Shown: piece by piece, positions 29,534-39,660 of the stretch
Layout of the letters: each line of letters begins with the position of its first letter
How positions within the stretch are numbered: the first letter of the stretch is position 1
Origin: an uncultured bacterium
GTDB lineage: Bacteria > Patescibacteriota > Minisyncoccia > Phycocordibacterales > CAIJYI01
DNA length: 64,000 nucleotides
Reading direction: 5' to 3'
Assembly: GCA_903824855.1 (NCBI GenBank)
Contig: CAIJYI010000037.1
Span: forward strand, 18,684-82,683
Translations under genes and position numbers: made by a program
The notes under the pieces: model-generated
Told to the model about the DNA's origin: nothing
What the model saw: the letters and a program-made list of their open reading frames with translations, nothing else
Database searches by the model: none

Positions 29534-29787
29534 AAGTAGAAAGTCCATCAAGTTCATCAAGTTTATAAAGTACGACGGTACGATATAACTTAAAAAACTT
29601 CTAAACTTTCAAATATTATTAAAAAAATGTGTTCGAGAAAAAATATAAAAAATTGTGTCAAAAGCAGAACCGTCGTCCGTACTTTATAAACTTAATACCC
29701 GTCTGTCTTTAGACAGAAACTTGATAAACTTGTCATCTCGTCGTCCGTACTTGATGAACTTGATAAACTTTATAACTTGATAAACTT
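29534..29787. repeat. Inverted arrays of degenerate 8-9 bp tandem repeats (AACTTGATR/AACTTTATA) with CGTCGT(CCGT)AC head motif
   Basis: Reverse-oriented array at 29534-29578; forward arrays at ~29670-29693 and 29739-29787; homologous copy at 43057-43116. Confidence 0.75.
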
Positions 29788-29848
29788 AATTGTACACGAA
29801 AATGAGAGGATTTTCATCCCCTCACCTTCTTTTGAAAACTTGTAGAGA

Positions 29849-30118
29849 TTATTTGTCTTTAAGACCGACTTTCTTCGCTAATTCAGTGAAGCGTTTCTCA
29901 TCTTTCTTTTTAAGATATTTGATGTGAGAACGTCTGTCGGCAACCATTTGAAGAAGACCTTTTCTTGAATGATTATCTTTTTTGTTATCTTTAAGGTGAT
30001 CGGCGAGAACGTCGATTTTCTTCGTTAAAAGAGCGATCTGCACTTCAGGAGATCCTGTATCGGTCTCATGGACGCGAACCTTCTTAACGATTGATTCTTT
30101 TTGTTTTTTCTTTAACAT
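29849..30118 (-). CDS. rpsO: 30S ribosomal protein S15
   Basis: HETDTGSPEVQIALLT..I..L..HL..NKKDNHSRKGL. Confidence 0.97.
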   Translation of the reverse strand: MLKKKQKESIVKKVRVHETDTGSPEVQIALLTKKIDVLADHLKDNKKDNHSRKGLLQMVADRRSHIKYLKKKDEKRFTELAKKVGLKDK

Positions 30119-30224
30119 GGCCCTATCTTAGCATAAAACCGCTTTTTTTGCAAGCCCCCGCCCTCCCATCACTTTTATTATCATAAAATATAAAAAACCA
30201 CCGATTTTCTCGGTGGTTTCTACT

Positions 30225-30788
30225 TTATGAATTTTCTACACGGAAACTTTCGCAGTATATTCTCTCAATGGGACTGGGTTTCTTGATAAAAACCGACGGT
30301 AAGGCGTAATTCCCTTGATAATCCTCAATATTTACTCGAGATGAAACAAATTCACAATAGCTTTTTCTTACGTCGGGAATTAAACAAAGCTTCCCTAAAA
30401 ATGATGCCTTCCAAAATTTTCTTGCGGAAACAAACAAAAATTCTTCATCAAAAACGGAAACTTGATCGTCTGAATTGACTTCAAACGACAATTTCACCAA
30501 AGTTTTTGGTGATTTCTTCTTTTCTTCGCTATCCCCATGGTATTGAACCCAAGATTTCGTGACGTAATCCCAAACTTCCTTATCTCTTTTCCATTTCGGC
30601 AATTCTTCTTCAAGAAAGCAAAAAGTTCCTCTTTCTGTAAATGTTTTTGGCAAGAAGAGCAACCTTCTCATCCACTCATGTTTAGCAACATCAGCAATAC
30701 AGCTCCCGGAAAATAACGACCCGCTCTCACAAATTTTTTCGACAGCTTCTTCTGTTGTTAAATGAGAAACCAAAATCGGCATAAACAT
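30225..30788 (-). CDS. Hypothetical protein
   Basis: 187 aa ORF with AGGAG RBS, TTGACT promoter and a terminator at ~30194-30220. Confidence 0.6.
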   Translation of the reverse strand: MFMPILVSHLTTEEAVEKICESGSLFSGSCIADVAKHEWMRRLLFLPKTFTERGTFCFLEEELPKWKRDKEVWDYVTKSWVQYHGDSEEKKKSPKTLVKLSFEVNSDDQVSVFDEEFLFVSARKFWKASFLGKLCLIPDVRKSYCEFVSSRVNIEDYQGNYALPSVFIKKPSPIERIYCESFRVENS

Positions 30789-30901
30789 AACAATCTCCTA
30801 TTTCTATAAGAATAACAATCTGAGCAAAAAGTATCATAAATATAGATTTTAGTCAAAAAAAATTCGATTTTTTTTCTTATTTCCAGTAAAATAGAAGGGT
30901 A

Positions 30902-31837
30902 ATGAAACTTCCTCAATTAAAAACTGAATTTTTGGAACATCTTGAGATTGAGCGAGGCCGTTCACTCAAAACAATTGAGAATTATGACCATTATTTATCG
31001 CGCTTTTTAGAATTCGCAAAACTCACGGAAGCGGATGAAATAACTGATGAAATCGTGCGAAAATACCGCATTTGGCTCAACAGGCAAGATGCGGGAAAAA
31101 AACGCCGAGGGGCAGATGAAGGAATATCCGGAACTCTTAAAAAGAAAACGCAGAATTATTACCTTATCGCCTTGCGCGCCTTCCTCAAATACCTTGTCCG
31201 ACGGGAAATAAAATCACTTCAGCCCGACCGAATCGATCTTGCTAAGACGAGCGAGCGTTCACTTGACCTTATTTCGAGTGACGAACTCGCAAGACTTCTT
31301 TCTGCGCCAAAAGGAGATAAACTTCAGAATCTCCGCGACCGAGCTATTCTGGAATTACTTTTCTCAACAGGACTGCGCGTTTCCGAGCTCTGTTCCCTTT
31401 CCCGATATATAGATTTAAAAAAAGATGAACTCTCTGTAAGGGGGAAAGGTGAGAAAATCCGCGTTGTTTTTCTTTCCGAAGACGCTAAAGACGCGATAAA
31501 AAAATATTTGGAAAAACGCGACGATGTCGACGATGCACTTTTTGTTAAACATACGAACGGTGGTGCCAAAGACTCAAAATCGCTTCGCTTAACTCCAAGA
31601 AGTGTCGAGCGAATGGCGGAACACTATGCACTCGCCGCCGGTATTTCAAAAAAAGTTACCCCGCACGTCATTCGCCACAGTTTCGCCACAGACCTCCTCG
31701 AAAACGGAGCCGACCTTCGGAGTGTCCAGGTAATGCTCGGTCATTCCAATATCGCGACTACTCAAATCTATACCCACGTCACAGATAAAGGTTTGAGAGA
31801 AATCCACAAAAATTTCCACGGAAAAAAACGAACATAA
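30902..31837 (+). CDS. Tyrosine recombinase, XerC/XerD family
   Basis: RDRAILELLFSTGLRVSEL, GKGEK.R, TPHVIRHSFATDLL, MLGHSNIATTQIYTHV (R-H-R-H-Y catalytic set). Confidence 0.93.
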   Translation: MKLPQLKTEFLEHLEIERGRSLKTIENYDHYLSRFLEFAKLTEADEITDEIVRKYRIWLNRQDAGKKRRGADEGISGTLKKKTQNYYLIALRAFLKYLVRREIKSLQPDRIDLAKTSERSLDLISSDELARLLSAPKGDKLQNLRDRAILELLFSTGLRVSELCSLSRYIDLKKDELSVRGKGEKIRVVFLSEDAKDAIKKYLEKRDDVDDALFVKHTNGGAKDSKSLRLTPRSVERMAEHYALAAGISKKVTPHVIRHSFATDLLENGADLRSVQVMLGHSNIATTQIYTHVTDKGLREIHKNFHGKKRT

Positions 31838-31910
31838 AATATCTTTTTACACACGAACATCTTTATGATAGGGTTTGAGAAGATGTTTTTATAGTACAAA
31901 AGGAGGATAT

Positions 31911-32711
31911 ATGAGTGAGACGAATGAAGTCGTGTTGAAAGAACCGACTCTTCGGATAAACGAGAAAGGTATATATAATTCTTACCTCCGAGGTCATCTC
32001 TTAGGGAAAGGTATTTCGTATGAACTAATCAAAAAATGTCTTTCGGAAGGAAAAGAAGTTACAGGCTCATTGAAGTATAAAAAAGAAGGAACGAGATATT
32101 TTGTTCTTTCTGTTGAAAAAGAAGCAGATTTGCCGGGAGCTTTTATTCTCCCCTCTACGCATGGACCCCTGGGCAATAAAGTTTCCAATTGGAATTCGTC
32201 CTGCACTTTTAAATTTCGCCACGGTCGGCTGGTTCCGGTAATAAAAAGAAAGGATATTCCGGATTGGCTCATAAAATATGCGACAACCTTTTGGGTTATT
32301 GTAGAAAAAAATGAACTTCAAGATGAAACACTATTGAACCGCGATGGTCCGACGGAAAAAGACATCGAGGGAAGCTGGTTCGTTGTAACTGCCCATTTTG
32401 GACCACCAAACATTCCAAAACCACGTGTTCCGAAAGATTGCGGTAATAAAACGGATTTGAAAAATTATTTGAATGATTTGGATAATTGGAATCGTCAGCA
32501 ATTTAGTACCGTATATATAGACTTGGAAACCGACGGTCAAACCGGCCCGTGTGAAGCATCAAAAGAAAATCATGATGAAATAGCAGAACTCAAAAAAATC
32601 GTCTCATTTCAGCAAAAACAAATGGAAGAAATGCGCGAAGAGATACATCGTCTAAAAAAGATTTTCACGAAAAGAATGCGTTCAAAAGAACGGGGTGAAA
32701 ACAGAAAATAG
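31911..32711 (+). CDS. Hypothetical protein with C-terminal coiled coil
   Basis: ATG 31911 after AGGAGG RBS; VVTAHFGP motif. Confidence 0.65.
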   Translation: MSETNEVVLKEPTLRINEKGIYNSYLRGHLLGKGISYELIKKCLSEGKEVTGSLKYKKEGTRYFVLSVEKEADLPGAFILPSTHGPLGNKVSNWNSSCTFKFRHGRLVPVIKRKDIPDWLIKYATTFWVIVEKNELQDETLLNRDGPTEKDIEGSWFVVTAHFGPPNIPKPRVPKDCGNKTDLKNYLNDLDNWNRQQFSTVYIDLETDGQTGPCEASKENHDEIAELKKIVSFQQKQMEEMREEIHRLKKIFTKRMRSKERGENRK

Positions 32712-32759
32712 AAACAAAAGCACAGGAAATTATCCCTGTGCTATTTTATTTATACACTA

Positions 32760-32828
32760 TTGACAAAATACAGCATGAGCGTATTATATATGTATACCTA
32801 AGTCCGTCCTGCACGGGCTTATTTTTTT
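32760..32828 (+). promoter_or_regulatory. nusA promoter and leader hairpin/terminator
   Basis: TTGACA-N16-TATTAT, then hairpin AAGTCCGT-CCTGC-ACGGGCTT followed by ATTTTTTT. Confidence 0.55.
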
Positions 32829-32852
32829 AAAAAAATTATTATTTTAATAACG

Positions 32853-32930
32853 AGGTTATAGGGGTTAGGGATTAGGTTTTAGACGAAACGGTTTCCGTTT
32901 TTCTAACCCCTAAAACCTATAACCTAAGCT
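32853..32930. repeat. Inverted heptamer tandem-repeat array (GGNNTTA-like units) in the nusA leader
   Basis: GGTTATA GGGGTTA GGGATTA GGTTTTA, hairpin AAACGG/CCGTTT, then TAACCCC TAAAACC TATAACC TAAGCT. Confidence 0.75.
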
Positions 32931-32938
32931 AAAAATAT

Positions 32939-34249
32939 ATGTTATTTGATCTGAAAACAATGCGCTCAGCGCTCGATCAGCTAGAAGAAGAAAAAGGCAT
33001 TTCCCGTGAGAAAATCATGGAGGCAATTGAGATGTCACTTGCTGCCGCCTATAAAAAAGAATATGGAAAGAAAGGACAAATTGTCCGCGCAAAATTCGAT
33101 ATGGAAACAGGAAATACCGATTTTTCACAAGTAAAAATCGTTGTGGACGAATCTATCGTAAAAATGCCGGCACCTCTCGATGAGAACGGTGAACCAATCG
33201 AAGAAGAAGAAAAAGACCCGAACGATCTTCGAACTCGTTTCAATACTGAACACCATATTCTTCTCGAAGATGCGAAGAAAATTAAACGCGGAGCTAAAAT
33301 TGAAGACGAAATTGTTTTCCCTCTTGAAACCAAAGAAGATTTTGGACGTATTGCCGCACAGACAGCAAAGCAGGTCATCATTCAGAAAATTCGCGAAGCG
33401 GAAAAAAGCACAACAATGGAAGAATTTGGCCACAAAGAAGGAGGAGTTGTCAGTGGAACCGTTCAGCGTGTTGAAAAAGGAAATATCTTTGTTGACCTTG
33501 GGAAAAGCACCGCTATCCTCCCCTATGAAGAACAAATTTCTCGCGAGCACTTTCGCCCGGGTGAAAGAATAAAAGCATTCCTTTATCGCGTTGAAGATAC
33601 ACCGAGAGGAATCAATTTAAGACTTTCTCGTACTCATCCAAAACTCGTTGAAGAATTTTTCAAAATGGAAGCGCCTGAAGTAGCGTCGGGAGTTGTTGAA
33701 ATCAAGAACATCGCGAGGGAGCCGGGTTCCCGTTCAAAAATTGCAGTATTTTCAGTTGATGAACATATTGACCCTGTCGGTTCCTGTGTCGGACAAAGAG
33801 GTGTTCGCGTCAATACCGTCATGAGTGAATTAGGAGGAGAAAAGATTGATATTATTGAATGGTCTGACGATGCACAGAAATTCATTATTGAAGCGCTCGC
33901 TCCTGCAAAAATTCTTTCCGTTCAATTACGTGAAGAAGAAAAACGCGCATCAGTAACCGTTAACGAAGATCAACTTTCACTCGCTATCGGTAAAGGAGGT
34001 CAAAATGCAAGACTTGCCGCAAAGCTTACCGGTTGGAAAATAGATATCCATCCGGCATCAGAAATCCCTTCTGAAAGCGTTGAAGAAGAAAAAACAGAGG
34101 AAAGAACTGAAGAGAAAGTTGAAGTAAAAGAGAAAAAGAAACGCGTTTCAAAAAAGAAAGAAGAAACGGGTGACGAAGCTGAAGAAGTAGAGGAGGAAGT
34201 TATTGAAGAGGAAGCCGGAGTAGACGCAACCGCCCCAGTAGAAGAATAA
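32939..34249 (+). CDS. nusA: Transcription termination/antitermination factor NusA
   Basis: FGRIAAQTAKQVIIQKIREAE, AREPGSRSKIAV, GSCVGQRG, SLAIGKGGQNARLAAKLTGWKIDI; acidic tail. Confidence 0.98.
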   Translation: MLFDLKTMRSALDQLEEEKGISREKIMEAIEMSLAAAYKKEYGKKGQIVRAKFDMETGNTDFSQVKIVVDESIVKMPAPLDENGEPIEEEEKDPNDLRTRFNTEHHILLEDAKKIKRGAKIEDEIVFPLETKEDFGRIAAQTAKQVIIQKIREAEKSTTMEEFGHKEGGVVSGTVQRVEKGNIFVDLGKSTAILPYEEQISREHFRPGERIKAFLYRVEDTPRGINLRLSRTHPKLVEEFFKMEAPEVASGVVEIKNIAREPGSRSKIAVFSVDEHIDPVGSCVGQRGVRVNTVMSELGGEKIDIIEWSDDAQKFIIEALAPAKILSVQLREEEKRASVTVNEDQLSLAIGKGGQNARLAAKLTGWKIDIHPASEIPSESVEEEKTEERTEEKVEVKEKKKRVSKKKEETGDEAEEVEEEVIEEEAGVDATAPVEE

Positions 34250-34433
34250 ATAAAAAAACGAACCACCAACCGGTGGTTCATTTTTTTATAATACTAAAAT
34301 GTGACCTTTGAAAAAAAGAACACTGAAATGATTTTGAGTCAATATTGATTGATTTTTATATTAAGGGTATTATAGTATTTCTGCTACATGCCTTTATTGG
34401 GGCATAAATTAACAATCGTTATTAATATTTACA

Positions 34434-34504
34434 TCGAACAAGGGTCTCTCACCCTGCTCGGAACGTTTTGAATTGGTCATCCGCTAGCCGGCAGGCCCTT
34501 CGAA
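34434..34504 (+). promoter_or_regulatory. Candidate structured leader upstream of hppA
   Basis: GC-rich island in an AT-rich spacer; AAGGGTC/GGCCCTT and CCTGC(T)CGG/CCGGCAGG pairings, with an alternative AGGGT/ACCCT hairpin. Confidence 0.4.
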
Positions 34505-34541
34505 GAAAAAATATTTATTTTAATAATATAAAAGTACATAT

Positions 34542-36542
34542 ATGTCGGAAAATCAAATTTTAATGTATGCAATCGGCTCTAGCCTTATTGCTCTCCTCTA
34601 CGGAGGATACCTTATTTACAAGATCCTTAAACAATCGGAAGGAAACGAGAAAATGAAGGAAATCGCTTCTGCTATCCAGGAGGGTGCAAAAGCATATCTC
34701 TCTCGCCAATACCAAACGGTCGGAATTGTCGCCTTGGTAGTGATTTGTATCATGCTTTTCACAGGTTTTTCAGATAACACCATTTTTGCTTTTGTCATCG
34801 GCGCAGCATTTTCTGCACTCGCAGGTTTCATTGGAATGAATGTTTCCGTTCGCGCAAATGTTCGTACGGCTGAAGCGGCGAGAAAAGGATTGGCTCCAGC
34901 TCTCGCTCTCGCTTTCGAAGGAGGTGCCGTAACAGGACTTTTTGTTGTCGGTTTAGGGTTGCTTTCCGTTAGCGGTTTTTACATGATCACAAAAGATACC
35001 GCCGCTTTAATAGGCCTCGGTTTCGGAGCTTCTCTTATCTCTGTTTTTGCTCGCCTTGGAGGTGGAATTTTCACCAAAGGTGCTGACGTCGGTACCGACA
35101 TGGTTGGAAAAATCGAAGCCGGAATTCCTGAAGATGATCCAAGAAACCCCGGTGTTATTGCCGATAACGTTGGAGACAACGTAGGAGATTGTGCAGGAAT
35201 GGCTGCTGACCTTTTTGAAACCTATGCCGTCTCTGCTATCGCTATCATCTTACTCGGAAGAGTCGTGTTCACAGACTATTCAAATGCAATAGTTTACCCT
35301 CTCGCCATTGGAGCAGCTTCCATTTTCACTACAATAATCGGAACATGGTTTGCAAAGCTTGGAAAATCCGAAAGTATCATGGGGGCTCTCTACAAAAGCT
35401 TGATTGTTACCGGAATTCTTTCAGCAATTGCTTTCTACCCAATCACCAATTACTTAATGGCCGACAATGGACTCTTCACGGTCACCTCACTATATCTCGC
35501 TGCCCTCATCGGTCTCGTTGTAACCGGAGCAATCGTTGTTATTACTGAATATTACACCGCGAGTAAATACTCCCCTGTCCAAAGTATCGCTCAGGCCAGC
35601 ACAACAGGTCATGGAACGAATATCATTCAAGGACTCGCCATAGGAATGCAGGCTACCGCACTTCCTATCGTTGTTATCGTTATTGCAATTCTCTCAGCTT
35701 TCCATCTCGCAGGACTTTACGGTATCGCTCTCGCTGTCATGAGCATGCTTTCCTTAACGGGAATCGTTGTAGCCATTGACGCGTTTGGTCCAATCACCGA
35801 CAATGCCGGTGGGATTGCAGAAATGTCCGGTCTTGATAAAACAGTGCGTAAAATCACGGACGCTCTTGATGCTGTCGGAAATACAACAAAAGCTGTAACA
35901 AAAGGATATGCGATTGCTTCAGCAGGTCTCGCAGCTATGGTGTTGTTTGCTGCTTACACGGAAGAACTGAAATTGAATGGAATTTCTTCCGTCTTTGACC
36001 TTTCCGATACAAAAGTTTTAGTTGGTCTTCTTATCGGAGGATTACTCCCTTACCTCTTCGCTTCAATGGCTATGTCTGCCGTTGGAACTGCCGCAAAAGC
36101 TGTTGTTGAGGAAGTTCGCCGACAATTCCGCGACATTAAAGGGATTATGGAAGGTACCGCCAAACCGGAATATTCTAAATGTGTTGATATTGTTACCACT
36201 GCAGCCATCAAAGAAATGGTTATTCCTGCCCTTCTCCCTGTTGTCGTACCGATTCTTGTCGGTCTTATCTTAGGACCCGCAGCTCTCGGAGGTTTGCTTG
36301 TCGGTTGTATCATCACCGGTCTCTTCGTTGGAATGTCTATGACCACAGGAGGCGCAGCGTGGGACAATTCCAAGAAATATATTGAAGATGGAGCTCATGG
36401 AGGAAAAGGTTCCGACGCTCACAAATCATCAGTTACCGGTGATACAGTCGGGGATCCTTACAAAGATACAGCCGGCCCTGCCATCAACCCGATGATTAAA
36501 ATCATCAATATCGTCGCATTACTCTTGGTCAGATTCCTCTAA
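34542..36542 (+). CDS. hppA: Membrane-bound H+-translocating pyrophosphatase, K+-independent type
   Basis: [51 protein letters not shown]; GNTTK (Lys) signature. Confidence 0.95.
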   Translation: MSENQILMYAIGSSLIALLYGGYLIYKILKQSEGNEKMKEIASAIQEGAKAYLSRQYQTVGIVALVVICIMLFTGFSDNTIFAFVIGAAFSALAGFIGMNVSVRANVRTAEAARKGLAPALALAFEGGAVTGLFVVGLGLLSVSGFYMITKDTAALIGLGFGASLISVFARLGGGIFTKGADVGTDMVGKIEAGIPEDDPRNPGVIADNVGDNVGDCAGMAADLFETYAVSAIAIILLGRVVFTDYSNAIVYPLAIGAASIFTTIIGTWFAKLGKSESIMGALYKSLIVTGILSAIAFYPITNYLMADNGLFTVTSLYLAALIGLVVTGAIVVITEYYTASKYSPVQSIAQASTTGHGTNIIQGLAIGMQATALPIVVIVIAILSAFHLAGLYGIALAVMSMLSLTGIVVAIDAFGPITDNAGGIAEMSGLDKTVRKITDALDAVGNTTKAVTKGYAIASAGLAAMVLFAAYTEELKLNGISSVFDLSDTKVLVGLLIGGLLPYLFASMAMSAVGTAAKAVVEEVRRQFRDIKGIMEGTAKPEYSKCVDIVTTAAIKEMVIPALLPVVVPILVGLILGPAALGGLLVGCIITGLFVGMSMTTGGAAWDNSKKYIEDGAHGGKGSDAHKSSVTGDTVGDPYKDTAGPAINPMIKIINIVALLLVRFL

Positions 36543-36654
36543 TCTTTGTAACAATAGTTTATCAACAACCCCGCTTTACAAATAAAGCGGGGTTTTGGTG
36601 TATAATTGAAGAAAGAAAAGTTTTAAGTATTTTATTAGCATTACTATAAAAAAA

Positions 36655-37374
36655 ATGAAATCGATAAAATTCACAGTAGTCGCTCTGACTATTATAATGT
36701 CGACACCTTTCGCTTTTGCGCAAGAAACGACAACCACTCCACCCGCACCAACATTAAGAACGGAGAGACAAACGCAAATAAATCTTTTGAAGCAAAAAGA
36801 GGATGCGCTCCGCGAAAAAGCATCATCAACAAGAGAGATGCTTCGCGAAAAAGCTTCTACAACAAAAGCAAATATTCTTGAAAAAGCCCAGACAATGAGG
36901 GAGAAAGTCCAAGAGAAAAAAACAGAAATAAAAAATAATTTTGATGCAAAGAAAATTGCGATATTAAAAAGAACGGCAGAAAATACGATAAAAGTTCTTC
37001 AGGCAGCTATCGCCCGCCTCGAACAAATTGCTAAACGTCTTGATTCTCGTATTGCAAAAATGGAAACAAACAAGATTGACGTCTCTAAAGCAAAAGCTGA
37101 TCTCGTTATCGCAAGACAAAAGATTACTGATGCAAAAACAGCTCTTACTACGGCAATAACGGCTATTGGAGGAATTGAGGAAGCTGCAAAAAATGCCAGC
37201 ACAACACCGAATGTCATGGGAGAAAGCACTGCTAAGATTAAAGCTTTGGCAAAAACAGTAAAAGATGCTTTACAAGCCGCACACACACAACTTGTTTTGG
37301 TGACGAGCGAATTAAAAGGAAAAGAGGGCCCGGGAAACAAGCATGCGACCACAACACAGGAGACAGTACAATAA
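36655..37374 (+). CDS. Secreted coiled-coil protein
   Basis: Signal peptide ending AFA|QE; long K/A/E-rich helices. Confidence 0.7.
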   Translation: MKSIKFTVVALTIIMSTPFAFAQETTTTPPAPTLRTERQTQINLLKQKEDALREKASSTREMLREKASTTKANILEKAQTMREKVQEKKTEIKNNFDAKKIAILKRTAENTIKVLQAAIARLEQIAKRLDSRIAKMETNKIDVSKAKADLVIARQKITDAKTALTTAITAIGGIEEAAKNASTTPNVMGESTAKIKALAKTVKDALQAAHTQLVLVTSELKGKEGPGNKHATTTQETVQ

Positions 37375-37412
37375 AGAATTATAAAAAATAATAATCATTA
37401 TATTTAAATTTT

Positions 37413-37769
37413 ATGGAGAATGAAAATTTAACACCTACTCCTCTTACAGACGAAGCCCCTCTGCAAGCCCCCATTCCAAAAATAAATATCGAGAATAAAT
37501 CTTCAGGACCGCTTGTCGGCACTATTATTGTTATTCTCGTCCTCGTATTGGGTGGATTTTTCCTCTGGAGCACAAAAATTCAACCACAAATTGATAAAAA
37601 GACGGAGGGAACAACAGAAGAACAACAAGTCGTTGCAGAAACAGCAATGACCAATACCGCCGTCGAGCAACTCACCACACAAAGTCCTTCGGACGAAACT
37701 TCTTCTATTGAAGCCGATCTAAAAGCGACCGACATCGATTCACTAGATAAGAGCCTCCAAAATTTATAA
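37413..37769 (+). CDS. Single-pass membrane protein
   Basis: GPLVGTIIVILVLVLGGFFLW; C-terminal SDETSSIEADL. Confidence 0.7.
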   Translation: MENENLTPTPLTDEAPLQAPIPKINIENKSSGPLVGTIIVILVLVLGGFFLWSTKIQPQIDKKTEGTTEEQQVVAETAMTNTAVEQLTTQSPSDETSSIEADLKATDIDSLDKSLQNL

Positions 37770-37850
37770 AAAGACACTAAATATCTTAATATAAAAATCT
37801 CCCCGAAATAAGTCGGGGAGATTTTTTAAAATTCTTTAAAAAATAGAGGG

Positions 37851-38834
37851 TTATTTTATACATGAAAGCTTCGCGATTTTGGTTCGAGTGAGAGGGCCAA
37901 CATAACCGGTTCCGGAGATTCCGTTTGCTATCTGGAATTTTTTTACGGCAGACAAAGTAAGCAAACCAAAATATCCGGTTGGAGTAGAATTGAGATACCC
38001 TTTTTCATTCAGAACTTTTTGCAAAAGAGAAACTCCGCCTTTCGTGAGAATATCCCGCGAACCGTATTTCACATCCACCGAAGGCGCAACGCAAAGAGCA
38101 GAAACAAGTGATGTTGTTATCGGTTGTGTCGTAATTGTTGTGATTGTCGGGGGAATTGATACGGTAGATGTTGCTTGAACGGGAGTTGTTGTAGCGGCAA
38201 TAATCACCGTAGAATAATTAGACATCCCATTCCAGTTGCTCACCCAAAAATTATAAAGTTTAGGAGAAAGATCTTCTGGTACAATAAAAGAAATAGTGTT
38301 CCCGTCTTCACTTGGTGCCGTTACTGAAGAAGGAGTATCTAATGATGTGGCGATGTTCACAATATTTCCTGCGGGTAAAGGTAAAAATCCTTGCCCGATT
38401 ACATACGCCGTTTTCCCCGGAATAAGTGCTCCTCCCGGCTCTTTTGAAACTACTCCGTTCACCGAAGGTCGAACAAACGGCTTCACAAAAACACTTACAG
38501 AGTCGCTAACCGTTGTTCCTGAGCTATCCGAACAAGTGATACTGAAAAAAGTATTACTGATGATATTTTCAAAGGAGATAGTTCCTGACGTGCCAAGACC
38601 CCCCTGCCATCCGGTTGTTGTTGTTGCCGAACCATTTTGATATCCGGAACAAGATCCTATTCCCGTCGATGTCCAAGTAAGTACCGGTACCGCACCATAA
38701 GACATGTTAATCGGACCGTCGAGACCGTTTATCTTAAGATCAACGCCCACACTCTGACTCGTATCAGCATGTGAAGCAATTGGGAAAACCGCAAAAAATA
38801 TTAAAATAAAAAAAAGAGATATTTTTGTTTTCAT
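37851..38834 (-). CDS. Secreted protein with C-terminal peptidoglycan-binding domain
   Basis: Signal peptide; Ig-like regions; VSLLQKVL..KGY..TGYFGLLT..AVKKFQ..GYVGPLTR (PG_binding_1). Confidence 0.85.
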   Translation of the reverse strand: MKTKISLFFILIFFAVFPIASHADTSQSVGVDLKINGLDGPINMSYGAVPVLTWTSTGIGSCSGYQNGSATTTTGWQGGLGTSGTISFENIISNTFFSITCSDSSGTTVSDSVSVFVKPFVRPSVNGVVSKEPGGALIPGKTAYVIGQGFLPLPAGNIVNIATSLDTPSSVTAPSEDGNTISFIVPEDLSPKLYNFWVSNWNGMSNYSTVIIAATTTPVQATSTVSIPPTITTITTQPITTSLVSALCVAPSVDVKYGSRDILTKGGVSLLQKVLNEKGYLNSTPTGYFGLLTLSAVKKFQIANGISGTGYVGPLTRTKIAKLSCIK

Positions 38835-38930
38835 GATTTTATTATACCACAAACGAAAATATTTTTGTTTACAAAAAAAACCGGTAAATGTATAATAGTG
38901 GTAATTACTAAAGAAAATAAAGAGATATTC

Positions 38931-39557
38931 ATGCAAGAAAAAAAAATCGAGATAAATAATGTTGAATCATCCTCCCATGAAGAAATCCAGAAAGCCGGAT
39001 ATGTCGCCGCGGTAATTCTCGCGACCATCGTCAACGCAGCCGAAATACAGGCAGGATATGAGGCCGGAGCGATACCTGATACGACAACGGAACAAATCGC
39101 GCCAAAAAACAAAGAGGAGAAATTGGTTGCCGCCGATCCATTGCTTTATCCGAACATGACTCAAGAGCAGATTGATAGCGTAGCAAAAGCTGCCGTTGAA
39201 AAATTCGAAATGAACAAAGCTTTTGAAAACATCCTTCATGAGTGCGATGCTCTCGTAAAAGCCCAAAAAGGAACAGAGTCTGCCGTCAACATGTGTGTTG
39301 ATTGGTATAAAGCAGAGGCTCTGAAAGGAAACGGAAAGGCGGCACTGGAAATTATTTTGCAAAATCACAAAGAAATAACACAAAATAAGCATGATCTAGT
39401 CGGGTCCAGCATAATGAATAAATTAGCCACTGTTCTCGTGGGATTATCCGTCGTTGGAACCTTAATGAAAAAAAGTGCTTCACTGAATAAAACACTTCCT
39501 AAAGATAAAGATGAAGATTTTTCCATTGAATCCTACTGGAAAAATTCCGCCAAATAA
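38931..39557 (+). CDS. Hypothetical membrane protein
   Basis: Start placed at MQEKK; two hydrophobic segments. Confidence 0.6.
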   Translation: MQEKKIEINNVESSSHEEIQKAGYVAAVILATIVNAAEIQAGYEAGAIPDTTTEQIAPKNKEEKLVAADPLLYPNMTQEQIDSVAKAAVEKFEMNKAFENILHECDALVKAQKGTESAVNMCVDWYKAEALKGNGKAALEIILQNHKEITQNKHDLVGSSIMNKLATVLVGLSVVGTLMKKSASLNKTLPKDKDEDFSIESYWKNSAK

Positions 39558-39660
39558 TTCTTCACCCTATAAGTATCAAAAATTACCTTTATTAACTCCG
39601 CGGGCACAAAAGACCTGCGGAGTTTTGACAAACCGCTGAAATTTATATATGCTTAAAGCC

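Noticed and set aside
29534-29787. Possible CRISPR array
   Set aside because: Units are 8-9 bp and tandem, with no unique spacers and no cas genes in the window.
30902-31837. Tyrosine recombinase as a prophage or island integrase
   Set aside because: Size and motifs fit a housekeeping XerC/D-type enzyme, flanked by rpsO and nusA with no phage genes or att repeats. No evidence links it to the tRNA element.
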